From Vicugna vicugna (lineage: Eukaryota): a stretch of 64,000 nt of DNA. The stretch spans positions 4,541,779-4,605,778 of the forward strand of contig MU058198.1 in NCBI GenBank assembly GCA_013265495.1, written 5' to 3'. Within the stretch, counting starts at the first letter, position 1. Every line of letters starts with the position of its first letter. The notes under the pieces were generated by a model. The model was not told the origin of the DNA, made no database searches, and was given only the letters and a program-made list of their open reading frames with translations. The position numbers and the translations under genes are program-made. Of this stretch, positions 1-12,890 are shown in pieces.

Positions 1-137
1 GGTGGGACTTGGACCAGGCAGAGTCAGGCAGGACTTCATACCTGGGTAAGGGGAAGGAATCCATTTCTCCATGGGCTTGTTTTCCAGAAAATCACCGAGC
101 CATATCAAAACTGGAAAAACTAGATCTCGGCAGCTGA

Positions 138-217
138 TTTTTTTTTTTAATGATGGTTGAACCCAGGACCTCATGCACACTAAGCATGGACTCTACCACT
201 GAGCTATCCCCTCCCCC
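138..217 (-). mobile_element. tRNA-derived SINE (camelid vic-1-like), short copy
   Basis: Minus strand reads GGGGAGGGGATAGCTCAGTGGTAGAG...GGTCCTGGGTTCAA (Pol III A/B boxes) followed by an A tail. Flanked by near-TSD gcagctga (130-137) / gcaactga (219-226). Confidence 0.85.
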
Positions 218-344
218 AGCAACTGAGTTTTTTATAAAGGTTAAGGTAGGGCAGTATACCCAGCTTATTCTGGGTGACACCTTAATACTTCTCTGAGACA
301 GTATCAACATACTGTGAGGTAGGAAGGAGTGTTTTATCACTGTA

Positions 345-545
345 GGCAGTGGGAGTATTAGGTGCAGCAGTTAAGATCAGGGCTTTGTGTCAGGCAGACC
401 TGGATATGGTTCTGGTCCTCCCAGTTGTCACCCATGGGACCAGCGAAATTTACAAAGATATTCTGGACTCAGCTTCCTCATCCGTGGAATAGCTATATGA
501 TTGTTTGTGAGGATTAAATTTGATAAAGCTTGTAAGGAATCTCCA
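345..545 (+). mobile_element. MIR SINE fossil
   Basis: MIR core-like motifs ggctttgtgtcaggcagacctgg ... ctcagcttcctcatc ... gtgaggattaaat. Confidence 0.7.
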
Positions 546-1734
546 CTCCCCTGATCCTGTTCCTTCCTGGTATCTGGTCCCCTTCTCCAGTCTCGCAGCT
601 AGACAGGCAGCATATCACTTCCACCAGCCAGCTTTGCTCCATCTTTTAAAATGGACCGTGGATGAGCATGAAATACTCTGGGTATTTTTTTTTTTAAGAT
701 CTTTATTTGTAGAGCTCAAGGTTTCCAAGCACAGTAATAATCAGATAAATATAGGAGCTAGACACCTACATTTTCTAAGTGGAAGAAACTCTCACTTTAA
801 TGGAAGGAAACCAGGATCTACCGAGCGCCCACTTGGCACCTTTCAGAAGTGCAAAGAGGTGGCTTTGGGATACCACTCCCGCAGAAGGGGAGAGGGAGGC
901 ACAGTGAAGCTGTATAAGGTGCTCCAGGTCACATGGCTGGATGGAGGCAGATCTGAGACAGGATGCAGGCAGGTGTCTGACCCCGGGACATACCTCTGGT
1001 TTGTACTTGCCTAACGGCATAGGATACAGGTGGTGCCTGGTTTGTGGCCTGCAGGACCAGTGAGCACAACTTTTCCCCGGAGCCAGAACTGTGCCAAAAA
1101 ATACTCAGCCTCAGCTTCTTTTGGAAGCAGGTGAAAGAACCCATTTTCAACCGGCTTCGGCTAAAAAAGGTTTACTAGAAGGAACACCGGGATTTTTCAC
1201 CTAAGAAGGATTAGAACTTGGGAAAGCCGGAAGCAGAATCTGTCAAGCCATTGGGAGCCCAGGAAGCTATTTCTCCTGTTCTCGGGTCACATATTTCCAC
1301 CTGTGTTTTTTGGTCAGCATGTGTGCTTCATACGTTTTCACGAGACTAGCTCTGTCTGCTTTTATAGCCCTTAGTTGACCCCAAGCTCCCAAGTTATATG
1401 TCCAGCATCCAAACATCTTCCACACTCCCTAGAATCTGTTCCTAGCATGCCAAGTCCAAGTTCCCCAGACAGAGAGAGGGGCCTGTCTCGGCCTGAGCCC
1501 ATGTCCACACGGAGCCAATCAGCTGTGCTGGGAAGCAGGGCTGTGTAGGGAGGTCACTCTGACTGAGGTCCAGGGAGAAAGGGCAGTTCTCTGAGAAGGA
1601 GTGGGGGTTAGGGGCTTACAAACGTCCCCTTAGGTCTCTATTGCAAACTTAGCCAGTCAATTAGACTGGAAAAAAAAACCCTCCTAAATAAAATAAATCA
1701 TAATTAGGTATGAATATAAACACTTAAAAACATC

Positions 1735-2081
1735 AAAAAATACTATATGTTTTCATTTGTATGTAAAATCTAAAGAATAGAACTAATGAATAAATATAAC
1801 AAAACAGAGACAGACTCATAGGGAGAACAGATGAATGGTTGCAGAGGAAGGGGTAGGGGAGGGGCAAAATAGGGGAGGGGGATTAAGAAGTGCACACTGC
1901 CAAATATAACACAGGTAAGTTACAGGGATGTAATGTACAGCACAGGGAATGTAGGCAATATTTTGTAATAACTTTATATGGAATGTAGTCTATAAAAATA
2001 TTAAGTTACTCTGTTGTACTCCTGAAATTAATATAGTATTATAAGTCAACTATACTTCCATAAAATAAATAAAAATAAAAA
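1735..2081 (+). mobile_element. LINE-1 3' end (L1MA-type 3'UTR), 5'-truncated
   Basis: Typical L1 3'UTR motifs (acagactcata, G-rich tract, tgtacagcacaggga, ataagtcaactatacttc) ending in an A-rich tail. Confidence 0.8.
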
Positions 2082-2301
2082 TACCAAAGGATTAGAGCAA
2101 AATGTGAAGAAATATGAATGCCTAAATATGATTTAGCACTTTTCTTTCTACAGTTTAACTGCTCATGATCCACTTTAATTTAATTCTAATTGCCCTACTA
2201 GGACTCAAGAGAAGGATAAGTTTCAAAGCCTGAATTCATACCCAAGTGGGACTCAGGCTCTACAGTTTGAGCTTCAGAGAGTCTCTAAAGTCAGTAGTCC
2301 T

Positions 2302-2426
2302 GGGAGGGAGGGTATAGCTCAAGTGGTAGAGGGCATGCTTAGCATACACAAGGTCCTGGGTTCAATCCCCAGTACCTCCTCTAAAAATAAGCAAGTAAAC
2401 CTAGTTGCCTGCCCCCCTAAAATAAA
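2302..2426 (+). mobile_element. tRNA-derived SINE (camelid vic-1-like), full length
   Basis: GGGAGGGTATAGCTCAAGTGGTAGAG...GGTCCTGGGTTCAATCCCCAG, then an A-rich tail. 16-bp TSD taaagtcagtagtcct (2286-2301) / taaagtcaatagtcct (2427-2442). Confidence 0.9.
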
Positions 2427-3105
2427 TAAAGTCAATAGTCCTTATAGGAGGCTGTCTTCAAATTTCACAGGAAGCCTCGGATGACCTGCTGTCATTTATT
2501 GGTGAGATGAGATTATTTTGCTTCCTGCTCTCCTAAACAGAATTAATGCCTGCAGCACCCTGCTCGTTTTGCCTTCCCTGAGCCTTCTCCCCAGGAAGGA
2601 GAACATCTGATTCCTTACTAATCAAGTTTTCCTTTTTTTGAGCAGCTTGGCACAAGCTGGAAAAGGATGACAGGCACATTCCTATAAGCTTTCTTATTCT
2701 AGCTCCACCCCATCCACTCGGCAGCAAGCATTTATTTACCCAGCTCCTATGGGTGCCAGGCGTCGCAAATCAATCAGGCTCTATCTGCAGCTGCTCCGTT
2801 ACCTTGCTGCTCTGATAATAGACATTCTGAAAGGACACATTCACATTTTCTCAGGCTCTCTAGAGTATACGTTAAACAAAGTTAGCAGGTTATATGACAA
2901 TTTCTCCAAATTTGAATCTGTAAAGTTCAAAATGAGTTGAGGAATCTATGCAGGTCCCTTGGGTTTTTTGTCTGTTTGTTTTTAGTGCATATGCTAAAAC
3001 TTGTCCACTCTACATTTTTTCAACACTTCTGAACTGACTACATCCTTGTATATTAGATAAAGAGGCAGAAAGTATGTTATTAGCTTTCATAGCTAACTTG
3101 TGGTC

Positions 3106-3177
3106 CAACCTTTTCTTAAGTTAACTGTAGAGCAACTATCACAACCTTGACTTAAGTTAACTGTAGACCAACCGTCA
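3106..3177. repeat. 36-bp imperfect tandem duplication (2 copies)
   Basis: Core CTTAAGTTAACTGTAGA at 3115-3131 and 3151-3167. Confidence 0.85.
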
Positions 3178-4574
3178 CTGTCAAAAATTAGTAACACATT
3201 CCTTGATTGAACCAGCTGAGATGGTTTTGGTCCATGGAGGGACCTAGCGTGAAGAGACTGCTGAGGTCTGAGATGTGTCAGCTTCCTTGTATATTTGATC
3301 CTGGAGCAACCGGAGAGCCATCACCTGCTGGGGAAGTTCAGTCCACGTTTGTTGATGAGTTTTCCTTTCAGCCTCAAAACTCCTATCGTGAACTTTTCCA
3401 CTCTACTTGCTGAAAGTGGAAGGAGGTTGGAAAAACTGGCTTTGCCAAATTCCCTGGAAATGTCTATTTACCATGCTTCATGAAGAGATGTCTGTGATTG
3501 AATAATGATGCTTGAGTTCTTGACTGCAATCCGTAGGGGACGGCTCTCTCATTTGCCACCTGAAAAGCTGTAATTACTCAAACTGCTTATAATGTCTCTC
3601 TTTTAGGAGTTCACTTTAGGAACCCCTTCAGGAAAATTCCTTCATGCATTCAGGCGTCCATTCATCCATTCTTTCACTCATTTCTCTCCCCTCATGGCTG
3701 TTTGAACAAGCCTATTCTGCCTGTGCAACATGAACCTGCCTGCCGAAAAAGACAACTCACAAATTTTGATGTTTAATATCAACTGATAATCTCGGACAGA
3801 CTCAGTGGTGTTCTGGGATAGGCAAGACAATCAGCTTGCTGAAAAAATGAAATGAAGCTCTGATCTGCAGGGTCTGCTGATTTCCCTGTTGTAAATATTT
3901 CCTCAGTGTCTGACTTCCAGCTGAGGGTGATATCATGGAAAGGGAAGTGGGCGAGATGTGTGTACAATGGCCTCACGAGTCACATGGGTCTTATGAACCA
4001 GCTGCAAAGGCTCTGCACCCATTCTCCCCCCACCCCTGCTGATTTCTTTTCTTTCTTTCTGTTCTGCTGATTTCTTTACATCAACATTTTCATTCTTCTC
4101 TCTTCTTTGTCCCTGGTTTGAACTCTTAACCTGTTCTGCAGTGCTAACCTCATTTCTTGCCTCTGGTCCTTTGGATTCATTGGGTGTGATGTTCTCTTCC
4201 CACCTCTTGAGCCTCTGTGCTCTCCTGCCTGACTGCTGCTTTGGCACGTGACATTTAAATGATCTGGTCAAGGGCACACAGCTAATAAATGGCAAAGGTG
4301 AGACCTGAACCCCAGCCTGTTTTAATCCAAAGCCTATGGTTTGAAGCGGAATGCTAAAATTTGGGGGCAGGTTACAAATGCCCCAAGTCAGGGAAGAAAA
4401 AGGGAGCTCAGAGGGGATCCTGGAGCGCTTTACTAAAGAATTGGCATTTCAGGCTATTGAAAGGGAGAGGTAGGGGACTTTTGAGGGAAATGGAAAGCTT
4501 GCACTGAGGCACAGAGGAAAGCGATTGTAGGTTGGGCTGTGGGTTTGAAGGGTATTATTTAAGATGTGATAAGC

Positions 4575-4738
4575 AAGTTAACTTGACCAGAATCATTTGG
4601 TGGGGGTTGTTTAAAATGCAGATTGCTGGGACCCCCTCCAGACCTCCTGAGTCTGGCTCTCTGGGGCCTGGGGCCTCCGGATCTATTTTTAACCATCTCC
4701 CCTGCAGTTTCTGATGTTCTCTATAGTTTGAGAACCAA
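4575..4738. mobile_element. MER5A-like hAT-Charlie MITE
   Basis: cagaatca...ttaaaatgcagattgctggg...ttctgatg...agtttgagaacca matches my recollection of the MER5A consensus. Confidence 0.8.
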
Positions 4739-6394
4739 AAGGAGCCATTAGGTGGAGCCAGCAGAACTGTAGGGATCATCATTCAGCAGTTTTATTTTTG
4801 TTTTCCACTGTCTGTTCAGACCTGTTCTGGAGCTCTGAGAGAGACCCCAGGGAAGCCACAGGACTTTCCTAGTCACTCTCAGTCAATCAGTTCTGCAGTC
4901 ACCCCAAGCCATTGAAAAGTCTTATTTTAGCAAATATACTCTGTGTGATAGTTCAAATTGCATAGCGAGGTTCTATTTTTATTTTTTAACTTTAATTTTT
5001 AATTCTGATTTTTAATTTTATTATTTATTTACTTTTATTAAAATTTTATTTTTAATTTAATTTTTAAAAATTCCATTTAAAGATTTTTGAAAGTAAAGTG
5101 GTAGCGTCTGTCTTCCTGCTCCCAAGGCATGCTTTGGGCCCACTCGACAAATGGGTGCCAAATTTTCCAGAGCTATGTTGGAAGGGCAGAGTGTTGGGTA
5201 GAAAAATTCTTACTTTTACCTTAGCACAGCATTCTAAAGAATAAACTATTTTGATTTTCCAGGTCCCCAAATTGGTCTTCATATGTGTTTGTCCTGCTCT
5301 TCAGCTTCTATGTTGGGTTTTTAATGTAGTACCCATGCTTTAAATTTCAAGAATTCTGCCTATTTTTATTGTTGGCACAGTCTAATTTTGATTTAAGAAT
5401 GTGATATCTACTCAACCATCTTTTAGCGTACTAACTATGCTTAGTTTAGAGTTCTCCTCTGATGCTGGTGTCGGCACCACTTCATTTGGGTTTAGTTCCT
5501 CTGCTTCTTCAGCCTCATACCTCTCTTTCCTGGTTTTGCCTCAACTCTTTGGTTGTCTGGATTGATTAGTGTGGTTCCTTCAGCACAAGTGAAAATCACT
5601 GTGGTTCAGGCAGTGAATGTGGATTACGATTACAGGGGATTTGGCGTGGGGTGAGTTTTCCTTCAAGGAATGTGGAAAGTGCCTACATTCTGGGCACATG
5701 GACACTTTGTTGGGCCAGTTGGAGGGGGCTTGGGGACACTGATCTGTTTCTCTCTCAAGCCCCAGTCCTTCCTCATGGAATTGTCCTGTGGCAGATCTGC
5801 TAGTGTAGTAAGAGGATTTTTTTTTTCACCAGTACAATCAGTAATGGATGATTTAATACTAGATTATAAAAATTACTATATTAACAGACCAAAGGAGAAA
5901 ATTTATTTAATTTAGATAATGCAAAAATGGATATTCAATAAATTTCAAAATCCAATGCTGATTTTTAAACACTTGATTACATAAAATAAGGGGACATACA
6001 CTTAACATGACAAAATATGTGAAATTTTCACCCATTGCAAAAAAAAAACCAATATTTGCTTAATAATAAAATATTTTAAAAAATTTCCACTAAGGTGAGG
6101 AATAAAATGTGGCAAGTAATGCATATTATGGTATAAAATTTAAACATTACTGAAAAATATAATGAAAATTGAAAGCTTCTCCCCCCATAATTCCATGCTC
6201 CTGAGACAACCAATATGAATAGTTTGATGACTTTTTTCTCCATTTTTATTTTCCTAAACAAATACTGAGATATATTATGTTGTTTAGATGGATGACAAAA
6301 TGGGATCAAAGAACTAGCCAAAATATTTGGATGGAAGTACAAAGTAGCACAGTGGTTTTAATGGGGGGGGGTGCACAAAGTTGTTATTTACAGA

Positions 6395-6775
6395 TGTTTC
6401 AATGATCTATTGATATGTAACAGATTACCCCAAGACTCAGTGGCCTAAGACAGCAAACATTTTATTTGCTTATGATTCTGCCAATTGTGGTGGTTCCTCT
6501 CCTTCTCTCTCTTCCCCTCTCCCCCCATGGCCCTTCCATATGGTCTCTCCTGGAGGGGAACCAGACTTCTTACAAGGTAGATCAAGGCTCCTAAAAGCAC
6601 AAAAGTAGAATTTTCTAGGCTTCCCTAAAGCTTAGGCACAGTGTCACTTCCACTGTAATCTGTTGATTAAAAGCAAGTCACAGGTCCTGCCCAGAATTAA
6701 GGGCAAGGATCTACACAAGTGTGTGAATACGGGGAGGTGTGGTCAATTGGGACCACAATTTAACAGACTACCACC
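6395..6775 (-). mobile_element. MLT1 (ERVL-MaLR) solo LTR fossil
   Basis: tctattg..tgtaacagattaccccaagactcagtggc ... aagcaagtcacagg ... ctaccac are MLT1-type motifs. Confidence 0.7.
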
Positions 6776-7114
6776 TCATGACATAATTTTAGTTGTAGAC
6801 AACCCAAAAGAATCACCTGGAAAGTGATTAGGAACAATAGGAAAGTTCAGTCAATTATTGATAACAGAACAGATAAAGCTGATTATATACCTCTAACAAT
6901 CTTACAAAGTTTAATGGAATCAAAGATAGTATTTATAATACCACTAATAATTTATTTCATGGATATTTAATTAGCCACTACCACATAACAAGTATTATGC
7001 CAGGCCCTGTCTATATAGAGGTACACAGAATAGATACAGATTTGACCATCATGAAATTTATAATCTAGAGAAGTACATACATTAAGCAAAGTCTCTGATA
7101 TAGAAAGGAGCTTA

Positions 7115-7480
7115 GTACATTAGTGAGTTATTGCTGTGACAAATGCTGTGTAACAAACAATCCCCAAATCTTAGTGGCCTGGAAAAACAAACATCTATTT
7201 TTCAGCTCAAGAGTGTTCAGGTTGCTTAGGGCAACACTATTTTGGCATAAGGGGTGGGCTCAGGTCTGCTGCACTTGTGTTTGTCTGGGACCAGCAGCTA
7301 GTCAGTCTTGCCAACTATCAGGAGGACAAGCCAAACCATGTCAGCATATTTAAAGCCTCTGTTTGTATCATTTACTTACATTCCACTGGCCAAAGAGAAT
7401 CACATGGCTGAGTCCAGTATCAATGAGACAAAGATGTATAATTCTATTACATGGACAAAGTGGAGAATTATCAACCACAG
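7115..7480 (-). mobile_element. MLT1 (ERVL-MaLR) solo LTR fossil
   Basis: tattgctg..tgtaacaaacaatccccaaatcttagtggc ... ttccactggccaaag..tcacatggc. Confidence 0.7.
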
Positions 7481-7519
7481 TCAATAATTTGAAGAACTGG
7501 AATTAGTCCAATGAGTAAG

Positions 7520-8030
7520 AAGCATAGTGGTGGGATACTGGATAGGGGCCAGATAATTTAGGGCCTTGTTGGCCTTGCTAAAGATGCTGAATTGCATGTA
7601 AGTGCAATGCAGAGCCGCTGGAGATTTTTAAAGCATGAACGTGATATGATGAACTTACCTTAAAAAAAAGTGCTGCCATGTAAAGAAAGGACTGGAAGAA
7701 GAAAGAAGAGACTCTGGAGAGAGCAGTTATGAAGCTATTGGAATAAGCTAAGATAGGGGCGTGGCTTGGACAAGGAGAGTGACAGTGTAGATAAAGAGAA
7801 GTTGCTGCGTTTGGGATATATTTTAGAAACAGAATAGTTAGACTTGGTCATGAGTTGGATGTGAGGTTGAGGGAGGATTCAGGTTAAGACTCAGATTCCT
7901 GACAGTTGCACCAGGTGGAGGATGTATGTGCCCTAATTGCACTGGAGAGGACCTCGTGAAGGAACAGATTTGAGGAGGTAGATTAAAAATTTAGTTTTGG
8001 ATGTACTGGATTCCATATACTTGTGAGACA
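7520..8030. mobile_element. L2 LINE fossil
   Basis: L2-type motifs gggccagat..agggccttgt, gatatattttag, tttagttttggatgt. Confidence 0.65.
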
Positions 8031-10370
8031 ATACTCATAAAATATCTAGGGATAAACTTAACAAGCAATATGAAGGATCCATATGAATAAAACTGTAAAC
8101 CTCTATGAGGGCCATAAAAGAAGATTTGAGTCAATGGAGTGTCAAACTTTGCACTTGGATAGGAAGACTCAAGATTGTAAAGATGTCAGTTTTCACTAAA
8201 GAAATCTATAAATTCAGTGCAACTTCAATCAAGATTTCAGTAGTGTTTTTTCTTGGAACTTGCAGCAATTACCAGGAACATTCTCTAAAAGAAGTGTAAT
8301 GAGAAATCACGCATTCCATCATGTGTTAAAATACATTATAAAGCAGCAAAATTTATAACAGCAGAATATAGACAGAGAAATAGACTGATAGCTCAATGGC
8401 ACTGAATAAAGTCTAGAAATAGAGATCCAAGAACAGATGAGAATTTAGTATATTACAAGGATAGCATATCCAAATGGTAGCGAAAAGTCCTATTATTCAG
8501 TGAAAGGTTTAAAGACAACTGAATAGCTATTTAGAGGGGGGAAAAAGCATTCACAAAGCTCTACTTCTCTTTTTATCTGCTTTATACTATTCCATAGTTT
8601 CAGTATAGCATAGTTAATAAATTATATTCATATTGTTGTACTTTTAGGGTTTTTTCTTTTTTGTGATAAACAATGGCATGAAAAGAGAATTTTTATGTAG
8701 TATCTTTGGACAAATCTATCCTTCACCAGGATAAATTCCAAGATGTGAAATTACTAGGTCAGAAAGTATGTACTGCTTTTTTTTTTTTTTAAGTATAGCT
8801 AAATTTCCCTTTGAAATCTCAAACTACACTCCAGCAGCAGTGGGCAAGAAAACAAAACCAAAACAAACTCAAACAAAACAGATGGATCACGTTTATAAAA
8901 ATAAAAGCAGAAACAAATGAAACAGGAAAAAAAAAAAAACAGCAGTTGAGATGATCAATAAAACCCAAAGCTGAATTTTTGGAAAGACTGATGAAAACAC
9001 ACAAACTTTCTGCATGTACGATCAAAGCAAAGAGAGAAGACACACATGGTATTAGGAATGATGAAGGAGATACAGTATGGATGCAGAGGAGAATTTTTTT
9101 TTTTTAATTAGGAGACTACTTTGTATAGCAGCTTTGCTGAAGTCAGAAGGTGAGGTAAAAACTACACAGAATGAAAATTGCTGTTGGCATTCCTTTGTAA
9201 GTTGTGCTCAGTCGGAGATAGATATGCTTTTGCAAAAATCTAATGTTTTTCTTCACCTTGAGTCCCATCCCTGCTTCTCTGATTCATAGCCAGCTTGTAT
9301 GAAAAGTACCTTTTAAACTGTAGGATCACGCTTGGAGTGGGGAGATACTCAAATGTAGAAACAGACTGGTTGTACGAACAGCAGAGTCACCTCTCGCTGA
9401 AGTGAGGCATGTCCTCTTTAATTAGAATAACTGGAGAAATTAACCTCATGGTTTAAACTGTTAGGCTTCCTCTTTTCTGATTTCTTTTCTTTCAAAAGAA
9501 AAAAATTGAATGGAGCACATATAGTTGAATTCATAGATACTAAATGTATGGATGATATGATTCAACTATATAACGTTATATCAATCCATTTGAAAACCTA
9601 GATGAGATGGACAAAAATGTCAAAGAAAATACGAATTATCAAAAATTGGCCCAAGAAAACCAACAGAAATACTCACAAAAAACAGAAATGGTAGTTAAAT
9701 TCCTTTCTACCATTCTGCCCTCCCTCCCTGTTACTCTGGACACAGGTCCTTTGTAGTTAGTTATATAAGCAAGTTCTACCAAATGTCAGGGAAGAGCGCA
9801 CTGCCATCTTATATTTCAGAACATAGAAAAGTATAGGGGCCCACCAATCTTATTTTATAAGGCTAGTTTTTTTTAAATAAGGCTAGTTTTATTCCTGATA
9901 TCAAGACAAGAAAATAAAATTATAGGCTAATCTCATTTATGAATGTAGAGGCAAAAACTCTTAAAGAAAACTAGATAATTGAATCTAGTAATGTGTTAAA
10001 AATACTTGATCAAGTAAGATTTATCTGAGAAATTCAGTTTGGGGAATCAATGTAACTTACTGTACTTATAGATTAAAGGGGAAGATCAGGGGATACTGGG
10101 AAGACATTTGCTAAAATGCAACATCCTTTTATGGTCAAAAACACTAGAAATAGACATAAGTAAGGAGTATCTACCATAAATATGCAGCAAAATTATATTT
10201 AATGGTGAATCTTCAGAAACATTGTCATTAACGCATGGATGTCTGCTTTAGCTACAAATAATTACAATTCTGGTGAGGGCCTGACCAGTGCAATATGAGA
10301 GAGAGAAATACATGAGAGATAAATATTGGACAGGAATATAGAATTTACAGAATGATATTATCTGAAACAT
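8030..10370 (+). mobile_element. Fragmented old LINE-1 (L1ME-type) ORF2 remnants
   Basis: ORF 8105-8299 (IKEDLSQW...WIGRLKIVKMS) resembles the L1 ORF2 C-terminal region. 9580-9620 resembles FENLDEMD. Fragments are out of order and interrupted. Confidence 0.75.
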
Positions 10371-10624
10371 GAAAACATTGTTCTCTTAGGTCCCCTTGCT
10401 GTCAGTCACACTTAAAAAAACACATAAGGAAATACTAGATTTACCCTTCTATAACTCAGTTATGTACGTGGAGTGTCTCTATATAGGCACATGCACATTA
10501 AGTGAACTAGTTCAGTTTGTTTAACCACTGATGAAACTTGAATTTCTCTCATTTCTTTGCTATTGTAAACACTTTGCCTTCGTGTCACTGTATTTGAGGG
10601 ATAAACTTCCAGACCTTCAACTGC

Positions 10625-11051
10625 TAGATTAAAAACAACCCAGATGTTCTTCAATGGTGAAAGGTTAAGCAAACTGTGGTTTGCTTTGCATTCCAAACCA
10701 TGGTAATAGAAAGGAACAGAATATTGGTACACACTACAACTCGGGTAAAACTAGGGAACTATGTTGAGTGAAAAAAGCCTATCCTAAAAGGCTACATGCT
10801 GTATCACTCCCTTTACATGACATTTTTAAGTGACAAAATTTTAGAAATAGAGGACAGATGAGTGATTAACATGATTTAGGGATGGGATGAGGGTAAAGAT
10901 AGTTGGAGCGTTGGAGGGAGGTGGGGTTAGTTATAAAGGGGCAAAGAGAATAATCCTTGTGGTGATGGAGTTGCTCAGTGTCTTGACCGTGGTGTTGGAG
11001 ATGTGAACCCAAATGTGATAAAATTTTATAGGACTATACACACACACACAT

Positions 11052-11083
<32 letters not shown>

Positions 11084-11220
11084 TGCACACACATAAATGA
11101 GTACAAGTCAGATAGGAAATCTGAACAAGATGAATGGGTTGTATCATTGTCAATAGCCCAATTGTGATACTGTACTATAACTTTACAAAACGTTATCATT
11201 GGGGAAACTGGATAAAGAAT
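10625..11220 (+). mobile_element. L1MC-type 3' end with internal (CA)n
   Basis: aaacaacccagatgttcttcaa ... atgttgagtgaaaaaagcc ... (CA)n at 11037-11092 ... ttggggaaactgg. Confidence 0.75.
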
Positions 11221-11309
11221 TTGCTGCCAGATAAATAGAGATCTTATTTGAGCTAAAGAAATCTACCTGCCAAATATTTTCCTTCTAAAGCCTCATTTAC
11301 AAAATACAA

Positions 11310-12630
11310 GGAAAAAAATCACCGAACATTTGAGAAAAACCCAACATTGTAAAAGAGGTGCCAAACCTCACTGAACACAAAAGCTAGCTCCTGAGCAAGT
11401 GGAATTAAAGAGGGAAGGAAGGAAATACTGGCATTAGTACCCGTTCCTCAGAGACAGTCAGGAGCCTCTCACAACCATAAAAATCTGCTAAGAACAATAG
11501 AAAGTCAGAGGGACTGTACAAATGTAGAACAACGCTCAGATTAGTGGGCTGCACAGCTGAAGGCTGAATTAGAAAACTGGAAGTGAAAGATTCTCCCAGA
11601 ATGTACAATAAAAGGATAAAAGAATGTAAAAGCTTAAGAAATAGACTAAAAGGCAGGGACGATAGACCTGTCAGTTACAAAATTAATTGAATCAATGTTC
11701 CAAAGAAAGATCATAGAGAGTGAAAGTGAGAGATCAATAACAAGAACCATAGAAGGCAATGTCCTAGAGCTGAAGACAGATGCACAGAGTGCTGAGAAGT
11801 ATTAAAACAAAAAACAAAAAAAAGAAACCCCCACTATGACACATTAGGTAAACTCTAGTTCCCCAAGGATAAGGAGAAAATTCTTGAAACTTCCAGAGGG
11901 AAGAAACAGGATTCCAAGAAAGAAAGGAGAATTAGATTGATATCAGACTTCTTGGTAGCAACACTGGTTCCTAGGGAAAAATAAAATCTAAAATTCTGAG
12001 AGAAAATTACATTGCACCCGGAATTATCCGTTCAGTCCAACTACCAGTTAAGTATGGGAAAAATAAAAATATTTTCATTTATACAAGTATATTTTATCAT
12101 TCAGAGCACTTCTCTGAGAATATTATTTAAGGGTGTACTCCAGTAAAATGAAAATGGTTTAAAAAAAAAAAAAGGAAGATCTAGGACCTAAAAAAAATAA
12201 CGGTGATGACACAACAAGCCAATGAATCATATAGTTAAGGGTGAAGAATTTTTAGGTCTAATGCAAAAAGAACAATTTAGAATAAAAACTGCAGCTGCTT
12301 TTAATAGAAGAAGTCAGAGTGGAGAGTAGGGAGAGAAGTGAAAACATGCTAAAGGTCTTATTAGAATTCACAAGAAGGAGACTGATACTGATTAAATACC
12401 ACTGTGGAGAGAAAAATAGAATTTAAATTTATATATGTATACATACAAAACAACTAGAAAAAATTGAACAAGGAAAACATCAATCCTACAAAAGTTAGAG
12501 GAAGCAAAGGAAAAAATTAAGAAGGTGTAACAATAGAAAACATGAAATATGGTGGCAAAGATAAACTCAAGTGTTAGTATTCAAATTAAATATGAATGAG
12601 AATCTTACCTATAAAAAGGCAGAAACTTAA
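11310..12630 (+). mobile_element. HAL1/old L1 ORF1-region fossil
   Basis: A-rich, with ORF1-like motifs (attagattgatatcagacttct, aaaattctgagagaaaat). No intact ORF. Confidence 0.55.
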
Positions 12631-12649
12631 AAAAAAAGGCGGAAACTAT

Positions 12650-12890
12650 AGCTACCATTTAGTGAGTATTAACCATGTTTTAGGCATTGCACTAAGTACT
12701 CTGAATGGATAATTTTATTAAATTCTAATGATAAACTGCAGAGTGGGTTCTATTTTTACTCTACTTTTACTCTTCTGTTAGAGATGAGAAAACTGAAGCT
12801 TAACAGAGATTTAACCACTGCTTAAAGTGTAGAATCCAGGCTTAAACCCAACCTCTTTGAGGCTTAAAGCCATGCTCTTAGCATTCTATT
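12650..12890 (-). mobile_element. MIR SINE fossil
   Basis: agctaccattta...aggcattgcactaagtact...agatgagaaaactgaagctt core. Confidence 0.7.

Noticed and set aside
520..1014. 164-aa ORF, and other ORF-track entries outside L1
   Set aside because: No recognisable domain. Many start at non-ATG codons, overlap repeats or are low-complexity, consistent with chance ORFs.
2302..2375. tRNA gene
   Set aside because: It has a tRNA-like head but also an A-rich tail, a TSD and several diverged copies, so it is a SINE.
4975..5520. Processed pseudogene on the minus strand (A-rich tail plus acidic peptide EAEEAEELNPNEVV...)
   Set aside because: The frame is closed by a stop just upstream, I found no TSD, the parent is unrecognised, and the 'tail' is AT-rich low complexity.
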